Under the pieces are notes generated by a model that was not told the DNA's origin, made no database searches, and saw only the letters and a program-made list of their open reading frames with translations. Of a stretch of 64,000 bases of DNA, positions 51,844 to 57,027 are shown piece after piece. This DNA is from Bdellovibrionales bacterium (lineage in GTDB: Bacteria; Bdellovibrionota; Bdellovibrionia; Bdellovibrionales; UBA1609). Made by a program: the position numbers and the translations under genes. The stretch is taken from the NCBI GenBank assembly GCA_965242515.1, contig OZ251448.1, positions 163,117 through 227,116 of the forward strand, read 5' to 3'. Position 1 is the stretch's first letter, and every line of letters starts with the position of its first letter.

Positions 51844-53808
51844 ATGAAAAAATTACTAGCTATTTTACTTAGTGTGGGTTTTGTTAAAGCATCATTCGCT
51901 ATAGATTCTACCGGAGTGTCGTCTGCTGGTTTTACTGGAACAACATTTAGTGCGGATGCTAATATGAGTAATTCTGTTTCAGAAATAAAACCAGAAAAAG
52001 ATAAGCATTTTAATATACCTTCGTGGTTAGAGGAACATCAAATATCTCGTGATTATCAAGAAGCTTATTTTATTGGTAGGCAATTAACATATTTATATGT
52101 TTTAGATGTGATAGGTCGTGATGAAGTAAATTCTACTCAAGCTAAAGAGATATTTTTAATGATTAAGCAAGCACTATATAGTCCAAGTGCGTTGATACAA
52201 TTAGAAGCTTTATATATTTTAAAACATTGGACTTTCCCTGCAAAAATGTTTTATAAAAAAATTGCACAGCTTGCTGTATTTAGTAAAAATAGTTTAGTGG
52301 CTAATGAAGCTCTTTGGCTTTTAGAAGAACATGCTACTTCAGTAACTTTTCCATTCCATGTACAACAGATATTAGTGTTAGCTTTAAAAAGCAACTTTGT
52401 AGGTTATCGGAAAAGAGTATTTAACATTTTATCTAGTCAGAAGAAGATAGATCCTTCAGTTAAATCTAAACTACATGTAGCTGTAGAAAAAGAAAATTAT
52501 CTAAAACAAGTTATAGAATTAAAACCAGAGGTTATGCAGTCTTTAAAATCTGACTTGTTAGAAGAATCTCCATCATTTGTAAAGCACGCTATGGCACAAT
52601 TATCCAACATTGATCGGAGTAACACACAAGTATCTCAATTTTTAGCTAGTTTATTAACTAAAGAGTTATCTAGTTTTCAATTTGCAAAACTTATTGAAGT
52701 CATTGAGGCTTTAAGAATATTTAATGCAGATACGGTTCCTCCTATTTTACATTTTATGAGATATAAATCTATGAATAAACTTTGGCAGATTTTAAGAATG
52801 CTTGAAAAAACCCCCATGTCATGGCACGCACAAATATTTCATAATATAAAAAACATTGTACTTTATTTTGATACAAGGCATCAAAACTTAGCTTATTATG
52901 TATTACAAAAAATATTATGGTACAATCCTCAAGTGCGAAAACATATTAGAACTATTTTTTATTCTAATGACCCCACACATGTTGATTTAAGAAATTTGTT
53001 ATTTCATTCTGCTTCTCGTTACAGGGTGGCTGGGTTGTATCTTTTAAGTGAGTTACATTCTGTATCTTATGATGCAATTAAAGAGTACTTATTAGATTCT
53101 TTATTTGATAAATTTCCGTTTAAAAATTTTATGTCTTTATTAGCTATAGAGCAGTTATCATTTATCAATGAAGATATTAATGTACAAAAGTTACTTATAA
53201 AAAAGCTTTACGATAATGATTCTAGTGTGTTTGTGCGATCATTTATTATCCGTTCGTTACGAAACAAGAAATTTACTGATTTATCTATATTACGCAATAT
53301 GTTGCATTTCGCTTTGTTTGATTCTTCTCAAGCCGTGCGAACACATGCTATTTATATACTGGGAGACATGCAACATTCAGAACATTTATTAGAATTTCGC
53401 CATACAGTAGTTGATGTATTAACTAGTCTACTTAAAAATCCTGTTCTGGGTATAATAGGATCTACTAAGCCAGATTTAAAAATAAATGATATATTTTCAT
53501 CTAGAAATGATACACAAAATACCACGGGTACAAATAAAGTATTATTTATTATTGAGTGGAAGGCTATTATATCAGCTCTGGGTGAGTTAAATGTACAAAA
53601 ACCTAAAGTATGGAAAGCATTAGCAAAGTTTTTAAATACTTCTAATGTAACACATCAAAAAACGGTACTTGATACATTAAAAAAATTACAACCTACGGAT
53701 CCTGAAATTATAAAAACAATGCAAACTATAGAAGGTAAAAAAACATTAAACACAACATCAACAGATAATGTATCAAATATTGATTCTTGTAGAACAGCTT
53801 TTAACTAA
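51844..53808 (+). CDS. secreted HEAT-like repeat protein, tandem paralogue 3
   Basis: The start is set at ATG 51844 (MKKLLAILLSVGFVKASFA/ID); the track ORF opens at TTG 51775. It contains PSWLEEH and is colinear with paralogues 1 and 2 throughout. It ends ...IDSCRTAFN. Confidence 0.8.
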   Translation: MKKLLAILLSVGFVKASFAIDSTGVSSAGFTGTTFSADANMSNSVSEIKPEKDKHFNIPSWLEEHQISRDYQEAYFIGRQLTYLYVLDVIGRDEVNSTQAKEIFLMIKQALYSPSALIQLEALYILKHWTFPAKMFYKKIAQLAVFSKNSLVANEALWLLEEHATSVTFPFHVQQILVLALKSNFVGYRKRVFNILSSQKKIDPSVKSKLHVAVEKENYLKQVIELKPEVMQSLKSDLLEESPSFVKHAMAQLSNIDRSNTQVSQFLASLLTKELSSFQFAKLIEVIEALRIFNADTVPPILHFMRYKSMNKLWQILRMLEKTPMSWHAQIFHNIKNIVLYFDTRHQNLAYYVLQKILWYNPQVRKHIRTIFYSNDPTHVDLRNLLFHSASRYRVAGLYLLSELHSVSYDAIKEYLLDSLFDKFPFKNFMSLLAIEQLSFINEDINVQKLLIKKLYDNDSSVFVRSFIIRSLRNKKFTDLSILRNMLHFALFDSSQAVRTHAIYILGDMQHSEHLLEFRHTVVDVLTSLLKNPVLGIIGSTKPDLKINDIFSSRNDTQNTTGTNKVLFIIEWKAIISALGELNVQKPKVWKALAKFLNTSNVTHQKTVLDTLKKLQPTDPEIIKTMQTIEGKKTLNTTSTDNVSNIDSCRTAFN

Positions 53809-55442
53809 CAAAGCGTTGCGATTTTTTTGTCATCGAAGGGGTATTTTTTATCACCTATTATTTGGTATGTTTCATGCCCTTTACCAGCGATAAGTATAAT
53901 ATCTTTTGGTTGAGCAAGTTTTAAGGCAAATTGTATGGCTTTTTTTCTATCTGGTTCTATAATGAATTTGCTTTTATCTTTTACTTCTTTTAAAGAGTCG
54001 TTAATAATAGATAGAGGATTTTCGTGGCGTGGGTTATCAGAGGTTAGTATGACTTTGTCTGATAGAAGCTGTGCTACTTGAGCCATTTTTGTTCTTTTAT
54101 CTTTATCCCTTTCTCCGCCACAGCCAAATACACAAAATAACTGTCCCTTGTTTTTATGTTGTTTTAAAAATTTAAGGGCTACTTGTAAAGCACCCGGTGT
54201 GTGAGCATAGTCTATAAAAACCTTTGGTTTTTTTACCTTATTGTTAGTTGTTTTTTGTGCTTTTGAGGGTGATGCTGAGTGTTCATTATAAGGGAGTGTA
54301 TGAGGAGAGAGGGGAGTAAGAGCTTCCATTCTGCCTTTTACACCTGTAAAGAAGGGTAGTATTGCCACTATATCGTCCATAGCAAAGCCTGCAGAGTGTA
54401 CACAACAAATAGCTGCAACAATATTAGAAACATTATATTTACCCATAAGTGGCGTGAAGATTTTTATTTTTCGACCTTTAACAAGTAGTTCAAATGCTGA
54501 GCCAGATAAATCGCTGGATAATATTTTCCACTGAAATTGACTACTACTTTCCCCATAAGAAATATAAGGAGTATTGATTTTTCTAGTTAAAGCTACTCCA
54601 TAAGAATCATCAAAATTACAAACAGATAAAAAGTGATCTGTTTTATTTTGCCCTATTTTATTTTGCTTCATGTTGATAAATAATTTTTGTTTTGCTTGAA
54701 AATAGTTTGACATGTTTTTATGGTAATCTAAATGGTCTTGTGTCAGGTTGGTGAACACCCCTAAATTAAAATCCACACCCCCTGTTCTTTGTTGATCTAA
54801 GCCAATACTGGATACTTCCATAACAATAGCTTGTGCTGATTGTTGATAAAAATAATTTAACAAAGCATAAAGCTCTGTTGCACTAGGGGTTGTTAGGGTA
54901 TTACTACTTTTTATAATCACATTGTTTGTCAGTTGTTTTGTTGTTTTGTTATTTATTTTTTCTGCTGATAATACATCAGAATCCTTATTAAAAAGGTGAG
55001 GTTGTATGAGGCGGTTATGAATAGTGCCTATAAGCCCTACCTTCCAACCTAAAGCAGATAGTAAAAAAGCTACAATATGAGATACGGTTGTTTTACCATT
55101 AGTACCCGTAACACCCACACAAAACATTTTTTGACTTGGAAAATTATAAAACTTATTTAGCAATAAAGATAAAGTTTTTCTAGTATCGGGAGTAACATAC
55201 ACTAAGCCTTTGAATTTTATATCTTTTATTGTATGTAGTGCTTTTTTGTTTTCTACTACTAAAACAGATGCCCCTTTGTTAATGGCTTCTTTTAAGTACA
55301 AATGACCGTTAGTTTTATGCCCCTTTAATGCAACAAACACACAACCATCTATAACTTTACGAGAATCAGTTACAATTTTTTTATTTAGTGCTTTTTTATT
55401 TATTGCTCTGAAGATACTGTTACGGCAATGTCCCTCAATCAT
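53805..55442 (-). CDS. murE: UDP-N-acetylmuramoyl-L-alanyl-D-glutamate--2,6-diaminopimelate ligase
   Basis: GVTGTNGKTT P-loop, DYAHTPGAL and the DAP-specificity motif DNPR (LTSDNPRHENP). Two low-complexity insertions are present. It is not embedded in a dcw cluster here. There is a 4-nt convergent overlap with paralogue 3. Confidence 0.92.
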   Translation of the reverse strand: MIEGHCRNSIFRAINKKALNKKIVTDSRKVIDGCVFVALKGHKTNGHLYLKEAINKGASVLVVENKKALHTIKDIKFKGLVYVTPDTRKTLSLLLNKFYNFPSQKMFCVGVTGTNGKTTVSHIVAFLLSALGWKVGLIGTIHNRLIQPHLFNKDSDVLSAEKINNKTTKQLTNNVIIKSSNTLTTPSATELYALLNYFYQQSAQAIVMEVSSIGLDQQRTGGVDFNLGVFTNLTQDHLDYHKNMSNYFQAKQKLFINMKQNKIGQNKTDHFLSVCNFDDSYGVALTRKINTPYISYGESSSQFQWKILSSDLSGSAFELLVKGRKIKIFTPLMGKYNVSNIVAAICCVHSAGFAMDDIVAILPFFTGVKGRMEALTPLSPHTLPYNEHSASPSKAQKTTNNKVKKPKVFIDYAHTPGALQVALKFLKQHKNKGQLFCVFGCGGERDKDKRTKMAQVAQLLSDKVILTSDNPRHENPLSIINDSLKEVKDKSKFIIEPDRKKAIQFALKLAQPKDIILIAGKGHETYQIIGDKKYPFDDKKIATLC

Positions 55443-55481
55443 TTTCTAGATTAGAACACTTTTTAGTGAGAAAAGCAATTT

Positions 55482-55511
55482 AAAAACTCCTCCCCAGAGG
55501 GAGGTTTTTTT
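55482..55511. terminator. orphan bidirectional intrinsic-terminator-like hairpin
   Basis: AAAAA-CT-CCTCCC-CAGA-GGGAGG-TTTTTTT: a 6-bp GC stem (55489-55494 / 55499-55504) flanked by A5 and T7. It lies 40-70 nt upstream of the murE start codon, with no obvious gene to terminate. Confidence 0.4.
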
Positions 55512-55519
55512 GATGTTCT

Positions 55520-55695
55520 CCTTGCACTTCCTACCTTCGTCCAATCCATAAACTTAATAAATGTACACTTTAGAGGGGAAAAAAAGATGTACTATTAAAT
55601 AGAAAGCAGGAGGGGGACATTTTCGCCTTCAAGGGGGTGCTTTTGATACAATCCTAGCACGCCATACCTTCATCCTGTCTATATACACTATTGCT
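55520..55695. repeat. linker-type repeat modules
   Basis: CTACCTTCGTCCAATCCATAAACTTAATAAATGTACACTTTAGAGGGGAAAAA resembles 12715-12765. GATACAATCCTAGCACGCCATACCTTCATCC resembles the reverse complement of 4165-4200. Confidence 0.6.
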
Positions 55696-55810
55696 AGGTG
55701 AGAAAACCTCACTCCAGAGTTCAAACATGCAGTTTGTCACAACGCGTTAAGCTTTCAGCTTACCACATTGTATCAAATCCGAACTCGTTTTGAGCATGGT
55801 TTTCTCACCT
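55696..55810. repeat. A-module palindromic element
   Basis: AGGTGAGAAAACC (55696-55708) and GGTTTTCTCACCT (55798-55810). The interior arms are of the TCACTCCAGAG... and ...CGAACTCGTTTTGAGCAT types. Confidence 0.85.
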
Positions 55811-55834
55811 CTAAAATGAAAATTTTTTTTCATT

Positions 55835-55950
55835 AGCTGTCATTGCTACTTAGCTGTCATTCCCGTGCAGACGGGAATCCAGGATTGTACGCGTGAAAAG
55901 TACATTCTGGATTCCTGCCTCCGCAGGAATGACGGCTGACGCAAGAATGT
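55835..55950. repeat. C-module double copy arranged as a ~115-nt palindrome
   Basis: GCTGTCATTCCCGTGCAGACGGGAATCCAGG ... CTGGATTCCTGCCTCCGCAGGAATGACGGC. It contains two 8-bp-stem hairpins in inverted orientation. Confidence 0.8.
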
Positions 55951-55951
55951 C

Positions 55952-56030
55952 ACTTTAAATTAAAGAGCAGGAGGGGATGTTCGTAAGAGTCCAAGCGAAG
56001 TGTGTCTTTAAGGACCTATCCCTCCCAACC
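55952..56030. repeat. B-module palindromic repeat (full copy)
   Basis: ACTTTAAATTAAAGAGCAGGAGGGGATGTTCGTAAGAGTCCAAGCGAAG...GGACCTATCCCTCCCAACC. The left half is the reverse complement of the 4106-4148 type. Confidence 0.75.
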
Positions 56031-56133
56031 TGTAAATAATAAGAACTAATGTATTGTGGTGGCAAACCGTGTAAGGCATAAGATTTTTTAAAAAAACTTG
56101 ACTATTTTAAGTTTTAAGCATATTCTTATTGAT

Positions 56134-56478
56134 ATGATGCGTTATAAAGTTTTATACTTTCTCACCATAGCTGTTTTTTTAAGCACTATGCTACCTGCTT
56201 CTAGCAAGCAAGCTGTTAATACTAAACAGACACAAGCTTTAAAAAACCCCTCAAAAAAAACTTCAAAAAAGCCTACTTCAAAAAAGCCCATTTTACCTAT
56301 TAAAAGAAAAGTATCTTCTTTAACTGATATTTTGCAAGATTCCACTAAAGAAGAAGAATCCTCTCAAAAAGAATGGGTCAAAAGGCATTCTGAAAAAGAC
56401 AAAAATAGAAAACCCCAGTCTTTAAACTATAAGGGCATGCATATTCGTTGGGTGAGAGATGAAGAAGCTACAAAATAA
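56134..56478 (+). CDS. small secreted basic protein (hypothetical)
   Basis: The start is set at ATG 56134 (MMRYKVLYFLTIAVFLSTMLPASS signal peptide); the track ORF opens at TTG 56098. The mature part is Lys/Ser/Pro-rich. Confidence 0.45.
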   Translation: MMRYKVLYFLTIAVFLSTMLPASSKQAVNTKQTQALKNPSKKTSKKPTSKKPILPIKRKVSSLTDILQDSTKEEESSQKEWVKRHSEKDKNRKPQSLNYKGMHIRWVRDEEATK

Positions 56479-56493
56479 TATTGTTAATAAGCT

Positions 56494-56985
56494 ATGAGTT
56501 CTCAACCTTTACCACCAGCATCTGCATTGGCATCTACATCAGCTGTGCCAGTTAAAATTAAAACCCTTTCGCATTTTTGTGGTGACCTACCAGCTTACGA
56601 AAGTTTGCATGCCAGTGGAGCTGACATACGGGCTGTGTTAAGTAAAGAGATTGTGCTTAGCTCTTTAGAAAGAGCTTTAATCCCTACGGGTTTAATTTTT
56701 GAAATACCCAAAGGGTTTGAAATACAAGTTCGCCCTCGTAGCGGTTTAGCTGTAAAAAAAGGGCTGACATTAATTAATTCCCCCGGCACCATTGATGCTG
56801 ATTACAGAGGTGAGCTAAAAATTATCGTCATTAATTTATCTAAAGAAGATATCATTATTCAACACGGGCAACGGATAGCTCAAATTGTACTCTGCCCCAT
56901 AGTGCAAGCAAAATGGGAGCGTGCTGTAAAACTTAATCAAACAGCTAGAGGAAAAGGGGGTTTCGGCTCTACAGGTGTGTCTTAA
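56494..56985 (+). CDS. dut: dUTP diphosphatase
   Basis: ASGADIRA, RPRSGLA.K, GTIDADYRGE and C-terminal RG.GGFGSTG motifs. Confidence 0.95.
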   Translation: MSSQPLPPASALASTSAVPVKIKTLSHFCGDLPAYESLHASGADIRAVLSKEIVLSSLERALIPTGLIFEIPKGFEIQVRPRSGLAVKKGLTLINSPGTIDADYRGELKIIVINLSKEDIIIQHGQRIAQIVLCPIVQAKWERAVKLNQTARGKGGFGSTGVS

Positions 56986-57027
56986 AGTGATACTTATTAA
57001 ATGATATATCTTTTAATGTATGGGTTG

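Noticed and set aside
2700-53808. Reading the C-terminal Cys as a eukaryotic CaaX prenylation box (as in some Legionella ankyrin effectors)
   Set aside because: CaaX needs Cys at position -4 followed by two aliphatic residues. Here Cys is at -1, -2, -6 or -8 (..KWC, ..QWCG, ..DKCN, ..CKGVFR). The proteins also carry Sec signal peptides, so they are not delivered directly to host cytosol in an obvious way.
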